This document shows positions 1-14,870 of a DNA stretch of 64,000 nt, one piece after another. Each line of letters opens with the position of its first letter. The first letter of the stretch is position 1. This DNA comes from the human T2T-CHM13v2.0 reference genome, Homo sapiens, in assembly GCF_009914755.1 (NCBI RefSeq), contig NC_060926.1. One strand, written 5' to 3'. Position numbers and translations under genes: made by a program. The notes beneath the pieces were generated by a model that saw nothing but the letters and a program-made list of their open reading frames with translations, was not told the DNA's origin and did not search any database.

Positions 1-199
1 ACGGACATCAAATGTCTATTTCAGAGCCTGGCCACATAACAGGCACTCAAAAAGTAATGCCCACTGTCATGTACAGCGAGATCATACTTTTGCATATGCC
101 TAGCGAAGTGTCTCCCTTCTGGGTAAAGACAGAAGACTTAACACACATGCACTCACTTCTGTCTCCACATGAAATGCCACTAATACAGCATTAAAACAA

Positions 200-2250
200 T
201 CTGAGACATAAATCTACAAGGATGAGAAGAATGGAAGACACTATTGTTACAATACAATTTTAGGAGATGAAAACCAGAAATGCCGGGGCTAAATGCACTG
301 GGAAGTCCAGAAAGCTGAAAGTAGAAAGCTGAGATTAACTACCAATCAAACTGACACCAGAGAAACCCAAAAAGGCTCAGGATCTGATGATGCCAGATAC
401 CTCTAGGGCAGTGTTGGGATTAAAACTGAAGATTGGCTGATAGGCTGTTTACAAGGCATCAGATCCTCAGATCCTCTCCCACACTTGTACAGCTGGGTAA
501 CCATTCCTCTCCTGGTTCCAGCAAAAAACAAGACCTTTATTCTTTAGGAAGTATAGAATATAGAAATTCCTGACTAAAGTACACAGTACAAATAGGTTCA
601 CTACACCAAAAATAAGAGGGAGAGAAGGGAATCGAGTACAGACATACTGTCTGACAATATACATTATCCTGCCTCCATCTGTGGCCTCTTCTCCCACTTG
701 GCCCCCAGAACTCAGGCACTTAGGGCTTCACCTTGAGGCAGAAGTTTGAAACAATCTTCTCTGTGGAATTTTACCAGCTAAAGAAAAAAAGATCTAAAAA
801 TAATGATAAGAGGAAGTTTACAACAAAATGACCCAACCAGATCACTAAACAATGAATCTCGGTCAAACCTCCCTTATGTACTCAGAGCTTATAAATTAGA
901 CTTTTGGTCTTGAATTACACTTGAGTATGAGGAGACAACCAGGAATTACCAGAATTACCAGAATATGAGGAAAGTTCCTAACATGAAAGACAAAACCAAT
1001 CCAAAATGCAGGCCCCCCCCGCCCCCCCCACACACACAAATACTTGAGATTACACAGGCAAAGAAAACTCACCATTAATGTCATCAAAAAAGAAATGCAA
1101 CCATAAACCAAACGCATGATTCTATAAACAAGAAAATGAAAACAAAATCACCTCTTGGAAATAAAACATGGCAAACATGGGGGAAAAAAAGCATTTCAAG
1201 AGAAAAGTTGGAAGATGTAGAAATCTACCAGAAACAGAACGAAAAAGGAAAGCAATGTCAAACAGTAAGATCAAGACCATTTAAGAGGACAAGCACTCAA
1301 TAGAAAATCAAGAAAGAGAAAACAAACAAGTACACGGTGACCAACAGTCCCAGTTTGCCTAGGACTATGCTGGTTTTAGAGCTGTAAGTCCTGAGTCTTC
1401 AGAATGCCCCAGATCCAGAGAAAGCAAAACCAGTTGGTCACCCTATCAAGGAATAAATCAGAACTAGGAATGGTGCCAGTATTGAAAGACAGAATACACT
1501 ATATAATTCTTGAAAATTCTGAAGGAAAGTAATTCCCAACCCAGAACTCTATATTCACCAATCTGGCAAATAAATATCAGGGTGGTATAACATTTTCAGA
1601 CATCTAAATTTTGAAAAAATAAATTGTAAATTATTAAAATCTCATACTTTTCCTTAGAGTCAAGAAGAAATATTCCACCAAAACAAGAAACCAAGATGAC
1701 ATGAAATCTAGAAAAGGGAAACTAAGAAGACTGAAGAAAATCCCAAGGCTGAAGCCGTATAACCAGGCATAATGAACAACCATCCAGAGGCCTCATTTCT
1801 TCAAGATGAAACAAATGCATGCAGACAGCTTGAGAAAAGATTGTGACAATTAGTAAGGAATGTGGAGTTTGAGTAAGTTCATGGGAAAGTAAGGAAAACA
1901 ACAACAAAAAGGAATTTAAAATTCAGGAAAAGCAAAAATGTGTGAGAAAGGAAATGTTCCTTTACGTGGCTCAGTGTAAATAACATTTAGATGTTCACGA
2001 TACAATAAACCCTGCGTGCTGATCATCACTGGGAAGACAGGAAGTATGTAACAGTATGTGTTTGGTAGGTGAATGGGGTGGGGTAAGGTTAGAATGCAAA
2101 ATCTTCATTTTCCCTAAGGGGAACACAACAGGGATCAAACACTTGGGGGTGGGGGAGAAGAATCAACAAAGGGACATATAAAAGCACATAATCTAGACAC
2201 TGAAACATCAAAATAATCAGCCACAGAAAAGGGCAAAGTGGCAGAAAGAC
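200..2250 (+). mobile_element. Degraded old L1 (L1M-type) fragments
   Basis: A-rich; ORF1-like AAAATTCTGAAGGAAAGTAATTCCCAACCCAGAACTCTATATTCAC at ~1515-1560. Confidence 0.45.
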
Positions 2251-2275
2251 TGCTTTAAAAAAAAATAATAGATCT

Positions 2276-2525
2276 GGCCAGGCATAGTGGCTCATGCCTA
2301 TAATCCAAGCACTTTCGGAGGCCTAGATAGGAGGATCGCTTGAGTCCAGGAGTTTGAGACGAACCTAGGCAACATAGTGAGACCTCATCTCTACAAAAAA
2401 AAAATCTTTCTAAAAAAATTAGCTGGGTATGGTGGCATGTGCCTGTGGTCCCAGCTACCCGGGATGCTGAGGTGGGAACACTGTTTGAATCTTTTGAGAT
2501 CAAGGCTGCAGTAAGCTATGATTAT
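2276..2525 (+). mobile_element. Alu (J-like, 3' truncated)
   Basis: GGCCAGGCATAGTGGCTCATGCCTATAATCC head, dimer structure. Confidence 0.85.
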
Positions 2526-3233
2526 CTTCTTGAAGAAGAAGAAAAAAAAGGTCTTATATAACTCTTTCACTTAACACTGCACATAAGTGTTGATAAATAT
2601 AAAGTGAAAATTTTTGGCATAATACACACCAAAAAAAAAAAAAAAGAGGTAGCCCTTGGTGAATGAAATTAAAAGTGATTTTGTATTTTTCTTCTTTGTA
2701 TATTTTGGTACTTTCTGGATTACTTTTAACAAACATATATCAGAATCAGAAGTGTCAAAACCATTCCAGAATACACGTAAGAATATAAAGGGCAATTACT
2801 AATGTAAATTGAGTAAAACATAATTTGGCTAATTTAATTCTTATTTTGACCTTGCATACAAAACAATATATAACATGGCCATTTATAATTTCCAAACAAT
2901 GTAATACAAAGCAAAGCCTTGTTAACAAAGAAGTCAATGCTGTATTTACAATTAAATGATCTCTTTTTTAAATTTGGCCACTTCTGTTTAAAGTTTTTTT
3001 AAAGCCTCAAAAACACTAGGATTATTTGTTAGTAATTTTTCAAAGCGGTCACATATTGGAACTTCTAAACTTTTAAGTTGCTAAATTACTTTAATAGCTG
3101 CCTTGTAATATAGAAAACTGACACTCAACCCATTTCCTTTTAAGCTCCCTGCCCAACTCTTCACAGAGCTCACAGATTATCTACCTTTTTCACGCAAGTA
3201 GAGATGATCCTGCAAGATGCAAGTTGGTGAAAC

Positions 3234-4639
3234 TGAAAGGTGACAGCGTGTGGCAGTCCTCACAGCCCTCGCTCGCTCTCGGCGCCTCCTCTGCCTGGCC
3301 TCCAACTTTGGCGGCACCTGAGGAGCCCTTCAGCCCACCGCTGCAATGTGGGAGCCCCTTTCTGGGCTGGCCAAGGCCAGAGCCCACTCTCTCAGCTTGC
3401 AGGGAGGTGTGGAGGGAGAGGCGCGAGTGGGAACGGGGGCTGCACCCGGCGCTTGCGGGCCAGCTGGAGTTCCGGGTGGGTGTGGGCTTGGCGGGCCCCA
3501 CACTCGGAGGAGCAGCCGGCCCTGCCGGCCCCAGGCAATGAGGGGCTCAGCACCCGGGCCAGCGGCTGCGGAGAGTGTACTGGGTCCCCCAGCAGTGCCA
3601 GACCACCGGCGCTGCACTCGATTTCTCGCCGGGCCTTAGCTGCCTTCCCGCAGCGCAGGCCTCGGGAGAGCAGCCCACCATGGCTGAGCCTTCCCCCACC
3701 TCCGTGGGCTCCTGTGCAGCCCAAGCCTCCCCGACGAGCGCCGCCCCCTGCTCCAGGGCACCCAGTACCATCGATCACCCAAGGGCTGAGGAGTCCGAGC
3801 ACATGGCGCGGGACCGGCAGGCAGCTCCACGTGCAGCCCCGGTGCAGGATCCACTGGGTGAAGCCAGCTAGGCTCCTGAGTCTGGTGGGGACGTGGAGAA
3901 CCTTTATGTCTAGCTCAGGGATTGTAAATCGGCACTCTGTATCTAGCTCAAGGTTTGTAAACACACCAATCCGCACCCTGTGTCTAGCTCAGGGTTTGTG
4001 AATGCACCAATCGACACTCTCTAGCTACTCTGGTGGAGCCTTGGAGAACCTTTGTGTCAACACTCTGTATCTAGCTAATCTGGTGGGGACATGGAGAACC
4101 TTTAGTGTCTAGCTCAGGGATTGTAAATGCACCAATTAGCACCCTCTCAAAACAGACCACTCGGCTCTACCAATCAGCAGGATGTGGGTGGGGCCAGATA
4201 AGAGAATAAAAGCAGGCTGCCCGAGCCAGCAGTGGCAACCCGCTCGGGTCCCCTTCCACACTGGAAGCTTTGTTCTTTCACTCTTTGCAATAAATCTTGC
4301 TACTGCTCACTCTTTGGGTCCACACTGCTTTTATGAGCTATAACACTCACCGCGAAGATCTGCAGCTTCACTCCTGAAGCCAGCAAGACCATGAGCCCAC
4401 CGGGAGGAAGGAACAACTCCAGACGTGCTGCCTTAAGAACTGTAACACTCACCGCGCAGCTTCACTCCTGAGCCAGCGAGACCATGAACCCACCAGAAGG
4501 AAGAAACTCCAAACACATCCGAACATCAGAAGGAACAAACTCCAGACGCGCCACCTTAAGAGCTGTAACACTCACCATGAGGGTCCGCGGCTTCATTCTT
4601 GAAGTCAGTGAGACCAAGAATCCACCAATTCCGGACACA
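3234..4639 (+). mobile_element. Solo LTR12C (ERV9/HERV9 LTR), full length, antisense to TRIP12
   Basis: Starts TGAAAGGTGACAGCGTG, ends CCAATTCCGGACACA; 4-bp TSD AAAC (3230-3233 / 4640-4643); GC-rich U3, CCAAT-containing tandem repeats, repeated U5 units. Confidence 0.93.
3880..4294 (+). promoter_or_regulatory. LTR12C enhancer/promoter core
   Basis: Several CCAAT boxes (~3966, 4007, 4131, 4170), GATA at ~4197, AATAAA TATA-like at 4205-4210, poly(A) signal AATAAA 4289-4294. Confidence 0.7.
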
Positions 4640-6113
4640 AAACCATGTATCTAACTTAAATTCATCTCTCCTGCTTAACTCATTCTTATTTCCTCCCTCC
4701 GTGCTAGGGGCCCAAAGCACTAAGTCTTCCTAATCTAATCAGAATCTCTTTTCTAGAATTTGGCTTTTGCCTGGTTCTTGTCTAGGTCTGATAAAAACCA
4801 CAGGCTACATGCAAAGTCACCAGGAGAATATGAAACTCAAGACAAAAGTAAGCTGTTAACTACTGCTATGTTACTAATAACGTGCACATGATGTCCACTT
4901 TAAATAATAGAGAGTAAAGTAGATCTTCAATAGAACATCTGCCTGGAAATATAACTTAAGTTTTTCTATAAACAGGTTCCATAATTACTCAGATTTTGAT
5001 CACCAATTGTTTCTTATAATTCTATACCATCATCATCTACTCACTTTGAAATTATTGCAAATTTTTTTTTAAATTAGCTTTTATAAGAAGGTAGATTAGC
5101 AAAATATATTTTGAAGCCAAACTATTATAAAATTATTTAAAGTATATTAAAATATAAAAAGATTTTTGAAGCCATCTATATCATTATATTACCCTACTGG
5201 TTTTATATTTATGCTGTATAAAATTTGCAAAAATGTCTACTTACTTAGGCTAAACAAGAGACAGCTATAACTTCCTAATGTACATTAAAAATTGTTACAT
5301 AACAATTTTCTTTCTGGGGTACTCAGGAGACTTTTACCAAGTAACACAGAATGACCTTTGTCTCAGAGCTGTTTTGATGAGATACAGCTGGCAAGCAGCA
5401 ATGCTTCAGGAAGTCTATCACTAAAGTAGCGGTTTCACTAGATCTTCTGCCAGCCCTAGTGCCTCGCCGGGAACTTGTTCATTGGTCTATCAACAATTGA
5501 CTAAGCAGCACAATAACAAGGTCTTCCTGTTTAAGCTTCCTCACTAAATGTATTATATCATTTCCTGAGTGTATTCCATGAACCACTACTGGTTCCCAAG
5601 TAATAGCTGGTCAAATTAATTTGCAAATTATTGGGTTAAGAAGTTACTGCAAGTCTTCCCACAGCTTTCAATATATTCCTGCTTATCTAGAATCTCCTTG
5701 AATAATACTTGAACATGGAGAATGGTTTTTCATAAAGCATCTTAAAAATACTGTTGTTCCTACAATTTTTAAAACATTTCCTTTACTATGAAAGCTCTCC
5801 TACTGACCAATTATGTCTTAGAATAAGTCTTTACCTAAGGAAACACATCACATTCAAATAGGTTCAATTCTTAAAAACTGGAAGAAAACAAAGGATATCC
5901 AAAATAAAATAAAAAACCTACCCAATGTGAAATTTCTCACAATGGCCTACTCTATTTTTAATATAATTTTTAGATTTTTATTCTACTAAGATTTGTATTA
6001 ATCAGAAGCCCATCTCTCAACTTTCATCCACCCACTGAATCTAATTCTGGCCTCTGAATTAACGTTAAAACAAAAAACCCTGATGCATACAAAAGCCCTT
6101 TAAATACATGACC

Positions 6114-6400
6114 TGGCTGGGCGAGGCGGGCAGATCACCTGAGGTCAGGAGTTCGAGACCAGCCTGGCCAACATGGCAAAACCCCATCTCTACTAAAAAT
6201 ACAAAAATTAGCCAGGTGTGGTGGCACCTGTGAATCCCAGCTACTTGGGAGGCTGAGACACGAGAATCACTTGAATCCAGGAGGGGGAGGATGCAGTGAG
6301 CAGAGATCACACCACTGCACTCCAGACTGGGCGACAAGAATGAGACTCTGACTCCAAAAATAAATAAATAAATAAAATACATACATACATACATACATAC
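6114..6400 (+). mobile_element. Alu (S-like) with internal 5' deletion and (TAAA)n(TACA)n tail
   Basis: Alu body; TSD ATACATGACC. Confidence 0.9.
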
Positions 6401-6734
6401 ATGACCATAACTCTCAATTCAACATTACATGGTACATTACAATATGTTGCTGCATTCTATGGCACTTCATATGTGAAAACAACTTTGAAAATCTTTCATT
6501 TATGCTTCACAAGGAGGAATCTTATTATTTTGCAAATAAGATTAGTAATAGGGTTGGTATCATAACTACAGCTGAATGATTTGCCCAACCTCGCCAAACT
6601 ATGAGGAGATAATATTTTTTAAAGCAATGTACATGTATTAATATTGACATTTTTGTTTTCATTTATGTTGATGTATCCATTTATATAGGTTACATGTTTA
6701 CATATAAAATTATGCAATTTTATTTGTATATATA

Positions 6735-6990
6735 TTCCTAGTTTTGACTTTCTTGTGTAAATTTAAGGGGTGCAAGTGCAGTTTTGTTATATGGATATAT
6801 TGCTTAGTGGCAAAGTCTGGGCTTTCGGTATTAGCCATCATCCAAATAATGTATATTACAGGCATGAGGTAATTTATCATCCTTCATCTCCTTCTCAGTC
6901 TCCAATGTTTATTACTCCACACTCTATGTCCACGTGTATACATTATTTAGTTCCAACTTACAAATGACAACATGTAGTATTTGATTTTTA
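6735..6990 (-). mobile_element. L1 (L1MA/L1PB-type) 3' end
   Basis: GCAGTTTTGTTATATGGATATATTG...CCAACTTACAAATGACAACATGTAGTATTTG. Confidence 0.65.
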
Positions 6991-7678
6991 GGAAATAAAA
7001 AAACTTTAAATCTGGTGTTCCAAATCTAATAGCTACCTTAAAATTGACCAATGGCCAGGACTTACTGATCCCCCATTCTCAAAATGCTCCTTTGAATATG
7101 TTTTCTGCCTTAAGATATTCACTTTCAGTTGTACACCCTAAATTTTGTGATGCCTCCTGTGTACTAAGCACTATGCTAAGTCTTCTAATGTTTTCATTTA
7201 TTCCTCAAATAGCTATTATGCCCATTTTACGGAGAACAAGTTACAAACATTCCCCACAGTTACCAACTGAAAAAATGGCAGAACTAAGATTTGAATCCAA
7301 CATTTTTGGCTCTACTCCTCAAAATATCATTACCTGAACCCAGAGACAATCATAAAATACCACATTTTGCCCCTATATCCTTAAGAAACATTACCTGCCA
7401 ATTAATTCTATTGTAAACTATTTTCTGAAGTGACACATTTAATCATGCCTAAAATGCACAATGCCTTGTTTTGACTTCAAGAAACCTACCCAGACTGAGC
7501 TTGCCCTATCTGTTCACCCCTATCATTCTGTCCTCAAGGCCAATTTCTGAGATCAACTGGCCTGGGTTTTAACTCGGCTTTGTCACTTCTTAGTTCTGTG
7601 ACCTTAGACAGGTAACTTTACTAATGATCCAAAGCTTCCTAACCGGTAAACTGGGAATAAAAATACTTGCCACACAAA

Positions 7679-7998
<320 letters not shown>

Positions 7999-8456
7999 CT
8001 ATACAAGACCGATGAGGAACAAATAAGATGACTCATGTAAGGTATTCAGAACTGTCAGGCACTTAAAAGCACAGTAAATACATGCTACTTTGTTTTGAAA
8101 TGTTTTCATTTATTTGAAAAACAGCAAATATATGGTGAATGATATGGTATGAATCCTTGGGTCCACATAGTATTCATCTCTAAATTTAATCAATACTATC
8201 AATGAAGGACCAAATAACATTTCATTTTCTCTAGAGTCTTAGTATCTCCAAATGGCCCAATTATGTTACAACAGTAAAACACAGAAACTAACAAGGGTTT
8301 AAAAAAAAAAAAAAAAAAAAAAAGAAAAGAAAATGCTTCATTCAAGGTCACACCTACTACCCCCATCTTCAAATCCTAACTCTGCCAAGTATGAGGTATA
8401 TTACTCAGAGAAGTTATTTCATCTCCTTGGAATACATTTCCTTGATAACTATCCTA

Positions 8457-8754
8457 GGCTGGGCATGGTGGCTCAGGCCTGTAATCCCAGCACTTTGGAA
8501 GGCTGAGGCGGGCAGATCACCTGAAGTCGGGAGTTCGAGACCAGCCTGGTCAATATGGCGAAACCCTGTCTCTTAAATACAAAAATTAGCCAAGCATGGT
8601 GGCATGCGCCTGTAATCCCAGCTACTTGGGAGGCTGAGGCACGAGAATTGCCCGAACCTGGGAGGTAGAGGTTGCGGTGAGCCAACTGCGCCACTACACA
8701 CACTCCAGCCTGGGTAATACAGCAAGACTCTGTCTCAGAAAAAAAAAAAAAAAA
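8457..8754 (+). mobile_element. Alu (S-like)
   Basis: Full dimer with poly-A tail. Confidence 0.9.
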
Positions 8755-10047
8755 GTGTATCCTAAAGCACCATTTTTTTTAAAAGAATATGTAACTGCAT
8801 ATGTAAAATACCTGGTACTTATTTTATGCTACACAAACGCTGGTTCCATTCTCTTGTTTCAACAGCTTAGGCTACGATGAGAGATCAGAACTGGGATAGT
8901 GGCAGTGAAAACGGAAAAGTGATTTAATAGTGACAACAGAACACAGATACTGTGCAAGTGAATGAAATAATGGTGAAATGAGTTTTAAAATACTAAATTA
9001 GTTTGTGACTATGTGCTGAGCAGGCTTAATGGAATTATCTGGATTGGTTTTATCAAACCAGCAGCAAAATGACACTGCCAAAACTCTTGGTGTTTCCTGA
9101 TTGAAACACCAAGGAGAAAATCCCACTGATTAGCCACTGGTAGAGTTGGGTTTTCTTTTAAAAATCAAGTTAACAGACTATATAAAGAAAAGAAAGCTGA
9201 TCTCTACAAAGGACCAAGGCCATGACACTCAAGTACAATCTGCTATTGCCTGGCCCTAGAACCCTCCTACACATAAGAGATGAGTTCTTCAAGTGAGGCA
9301 GACTGGAAGGCAGAAGGGGAAGTGAATCCTAAGCAGCTTGCTGTAAACTCAACCTGGCTCACTGGCTGTGAATATTACATAGCAGGACTGACAGACACAA
9401 AACACAGGGAGGAAAGGCAGCATAAAAGCTGACATATGTAACTCCAATTATCAATAAAGCATTGGAAGGACAAATAGTTGGTTGTCCTTTTAACTTGGAC
9501 CTTTTTTTCCTTCTCACTTCAAGATACTGATCTAGCCTATCTTAATCCTTTAAACTTAAAACATTTTATACAGATGTTCTGCATATTTAAAATACCAAAA
9601 CAGAACAAAGTTCAATCTAAAAGTAAAATATGTTACTTCACAATAACCTATCATACAGGTTAAACATAAAATTTTTTATATAGTACCTACTATTAATAGT
9701 ATTGTCATTTCAGGTAATATGTGAATCAACCAAAAGTAGTTTTAGACTGCAGTGTTAAATTAAACAGAGCTAATAGTTCTGATTCAATTTTAAGTTAGGC
9801 TGATTCAATATGAGCTATACTTTGACAAGAATGCTAGTAGACACTATATACAATCTTTTTAAACCAAGAAAACATTATAGCCCTACCCAAATGTAGATCT
9901 AAAATCCATCAGAGAAGAAAAGATGCTTAAAAGCAAGCTTCCTAATTAGGTATTATAAAATTAAAATGCTTTTAAAAATTGTAGAGATAAGTGCTTTATT
10001 ATCCTATTTGTCCTTTATAGGTTTCTGAAATAGAAATAAGGAAAGAA

Positions 10048-10346
10048 GCCTGGGCACAGTGGCTCACACTTATAATCCCAACACTTTGGGAGGCTGGGAC
10101 AGGTGGATCACTTGTCCCAGTTCAAGACCAGCCTGACCAACATGGTGAAACTCCCTCTCTACTAAAAATACAAAAATTAGCTGGGTGTGATGGCGCACAC
10201 TTGTAATCTCAGCTACTCAGGAGAGGCTGAGACAGGAGAATTGCTTGAACCCAGGAGGTGGAGGTTGCAGTGAGCCAAGATCGTACCACTCACACCACTA
10301 CTCCATCCTGGGCAACAGAGTGAGACTCTGTCTCAAAAAAAAAAAA
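10048..10346 (+). mobile_element. Alu
   Basis: Full dimer with poly-A tail. Confidence 0.9.
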
Positions 10347-10778
10347 GAAGGGAGGAAAGAAAAGAAAGACACTAGCATTCCCCAGATGAGCAGCTGGTTC
10401 CCTGAAGAAGTCTTTTGGTAAAGAGAGAGGGAGAAGAGTTCCTGGATATCTCCAAAACTGACTCATGAAGGAATGCACATAACGCTATGTTTCTTCCATC
10501 TACTTTCTGTTTCTTTGCTTGAATGTATTCTCAAAACACAAATTCTTTCTACTCCACTGTAAACTTTTAGAGAGCAATATTCTTACTCACTTAGGACACA
10601 GAGTAGTGTATATAAGAGTAGTGAAACATAAGTAGTATTCATCTTTAGACAAAACTCCTTAAAAGACTGTGAGATATTACATATGAAAAAGTTTAATTTA
10701 CATTGAGGTATATTTATAGTAATAACTTAATTCACTGTATCTACACATCAAGAATATCTCATATAAAAAAATATATTT

Positions 10779-11097
<319 letters not shown>

Positions 11098-11367
11098 TCA
11101 TAACTAAAAAGAACTCCTAACTAAATGATAATTTTGTATGTGGTATAGAAGAAAATCCAACTTTATGTCCCATCCTGATATTAGGAAATCAGTGAAGTAG
11201 GAGATGCCGCGAGGACCAATAAAGACACAGACACTAAAATGTGATGGTTTCGTAATAATAGGAAGGTAGTATTCCTTACCTGTCTCAACAAAACTAAATG
11301 TAGTAGCACTTACTACATGCTGTTATGTACTTAATTACACAGACAGTAATACATCTAAGATTATCTA

Positions 11368-12279
<912 letters not shown>

Positions 12280-13102
12280 TTAGATAAGAAAACAGTTAAT
12301 ATCAGCCTGTCATAATTACAACTGTCATATATAATGCTTTCAAAAAATAAAGTATGAATATGTTCCTACTAAGTCCAGTATTAAACATAGGTTTTCAGAA
12401 GGTTCAAATCTGTAAAACGAAATAAAAGAACAAAACAAAAGCAGATGTGACTTTGGATACTAAAATATCTGATTAAAAGATAAGGGTGTTCTTTAGCCCA
12501 AAGATTACTGACACTAACACTCGTAATCACAAAACAAGAATTAAGATTACAAGAAAAACAACACTTAATTGTTCGGAACCAGAGGAAGCCAGAATATTGA
12601 TGCCCTATTCACAAGCACAACTGCTTTGTCAAAGCTTAGAAGAAATAAGCATTAACATACGCACTTTCAAAATGAAGGTTAGAGATTTTTATATTGTAGT
12701 ACTATCAAATCTTCAAAGTTAACATTGCTTTCCAAAGTCTCTTAACAATTAAATCTTAAGAATCACTGACTTAAACCTAAACTATGGCTCTGACAATAAA
12801 AACTAAAAAAAAGATTAAAAAATAAAAAGAAATAAAAAATGGCCATAATGGTTTGTTAAGCAAAGGGGGAATCTTACGGCTCTCCAAACAAAAATATCAT
12901 TTTATCATTGACAAACTCACTGTCTAGGGTATACTGCACTAATCACTGCAAAGGTGATAAACTGTCAATCCTAAAAGTTACTTAGAGAATAATGAAAATA
13001 TGTATCAAAACGTTTTGGAATAACCTCAAGTTTTAACATTATGCAATGATTTGAATGCAAATAATTCTGCCTTGAAAATGTATAAGCAACATGAAGATTT
13101 AC

Positions 13103-13228
13103 CTTTTAGAAAGGTGTCCCCTTGACAGTTCAGAAGTAGTATTAGACTGCACTTTGGGTGCCTTAGAATTAGATTTTCTACTCTCAGGAGGGCTATATCC
13201 CTTATGTTTTGCCTGCCCTAAATGTGAC
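13103..13228 (-). CDS. TRIP12: TRIP12 126-nt in-frame (cassette-type) exon: (R)SHLGQAKHKGYSPPESRKSNSKAPKVQSNTTSELSRGHLSK(R)
   Basis: Acceptor TTTTCTGCTGACAG|GTC, donor AAG|GTAAAT, open frame, length divisible by 3, phase 2 at both ends. Confidence 0.9.
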
Positions 13229-14729
13229 CTGTCAGCAGAAAATCAAAACAGAAATCTATCAGGAAACTGAGATGCAAATACAATACTGAAAATGAAATAT
13301 TTTTATATATTTCTTAAAGCTTCCCACAATTCATTGTTGACCCTACCCTTTTTCCAAATATTTATAAATTTTAATTATTATTCTACTAAATAATCTGGCA
13401 AAAAGAAATTGCCTCTCAGAACCACCCCCGCCCCGCAATACCGAAGAGTTTATTATCACCAGTAGTCATAATTGCACAGCGTTGTTAAGGTTGCTTAAGC
13501 AGTAACACATTTTTCAGCAATTTTAGTGCAGATATTCAAATATGCTACATTTTAACAAAAAGCAAATTTAGACTTTAGATCTAAACACACTTTTAATACA
13601 TAATGTGACTGTAATGGCTTTAAAAGTTTACGGAAAAGACAATTGATGATTCCCACACTGATACCGATTTCCAATTTGTACTTAAAATTCAGGTAAACAC
13701 AGCAAATGCAGAGACAGACGAACCAATTCTCAAACTGATTTTACACAGAAAATCATTTCAAGCACTAAACAATAAATAAACCTACATGAAATCAACATAG
13801 TGATACTTGCTAAAACTTTAAAGTACTTGTCAACAGAAAGAACACAAAAAAGTCCTGGAGAAATATGGAATTTACCACAAAAGTTCCAAAAAACATTCAA
13901 ATAATTCCATGATTGATATGGTGCATCATATTTACAATAAATCAAATCCTTATGCCAGCACTATTCTAAAAGCAAGTTTGAGGAACATGAAAAAACTGTT
14001 TTCAGTTAGATTATTTTTTAGACCTTGGGGAATGGTTACATGAGATTTACATAAGCAATAAAAAACAAACACATGTTGATATCCAGAAAACTGCTGCCAT
14101 TCGGGTGAGATATTAATGTAACAAATGCAATTTATGTAATTCATAGCTGATATCCACTTTCCACATAAGAGCATATACCAATGAAAATCTAGAAAAAAGT
14201 TTCATTAATACCAAATTTACTTGTTAAAAAAAAGTTTAAGGCTTTTATTCCAAACACCATCTCAAAAGAACTTAGAAATGAGTCACTGAAAATCTCACAA
14301 AATAATTCTAACTCAATCTGTAAGGATGCCATAAATTTCTTAAGATATCATACAAGTACAACCATCTGTTCCAAAAGAGGACCTAAGGTTTCTCTTTTCT
14401 GTATCACTTCTTCTTCCATCTTTCCAGAATTCATGAAAAGAGTCTTAAAAGAAGGTAAGAAATTAGCTTCTTAAGAAAGGAAATAGTTCCTGGATCCCTC
14501 ATATCATTTTTGTTTTTAAGGTTCTAATCTGAAAGTAATAATATGTTCTAAAGACTTATTAGAATAGATGAATTTCTTAAAAAAAAATAACAAAAAAACA
14601 AAACTCTAGGTGAGCCTTTCAAGTGTTATTAGTCTTCACTTTTAGTAATGAAAGGACACATATACTTCAAGAAGCATATTTTCTAAAGTTGTAGCTAAGC
14701 TGAACTTTGTAAGATTTTTTATACATTGT

Positions 14730-14870
14730 GTTTTTGTTGTTGTTGTTGTTATTTTTTATTTTTTGGTGTTTCAGACAGGGTTTTGCTCTATCGCCCAGGC
14801 TGGAGTGCAGCGACACTATCTCGGCTCACTGCAACCTCCGCCTCCCAGGATCATGTGATTTTCCTGCCTT
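14730..14870 (-). mobile_element. Partial Alu (3' arm)
   Basis: CGCCCAGGCTGGAGTGCAG...CTCACTGCAACCTCCGCCTCCC. Confidence 0.8.

Noticed and set aside
1013-1029. C8-G-C8 run (G4 potential on minus); also (GGGGA)n at ~23866-23885
   Set aside because: Simple slippage tracts within TE-derived sequence, no functional evidence
3190-4001. Overlapping GC-rich ORFs up to 253 aa on both strands
   Set aside because: All lie within the LTR12C U3; long frames are expected from high GC and show no domain
3880-4620. Repeated units that might suggest a CRISPR-like array
   Set aside because: Intrinsic LTR12C U3/U5 tandem repeats; no unique spacers, eukaryotic context
8301-8334. Isolated A23 tract
   Set aside because: No attached element or clear TSD; treated as a simple repeat
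9086-9113. 11-bp stem hairpin CTTGGTGTTTC/GAAACACCAAG
   Set aside because: Short enough to be chance or part of an old TE
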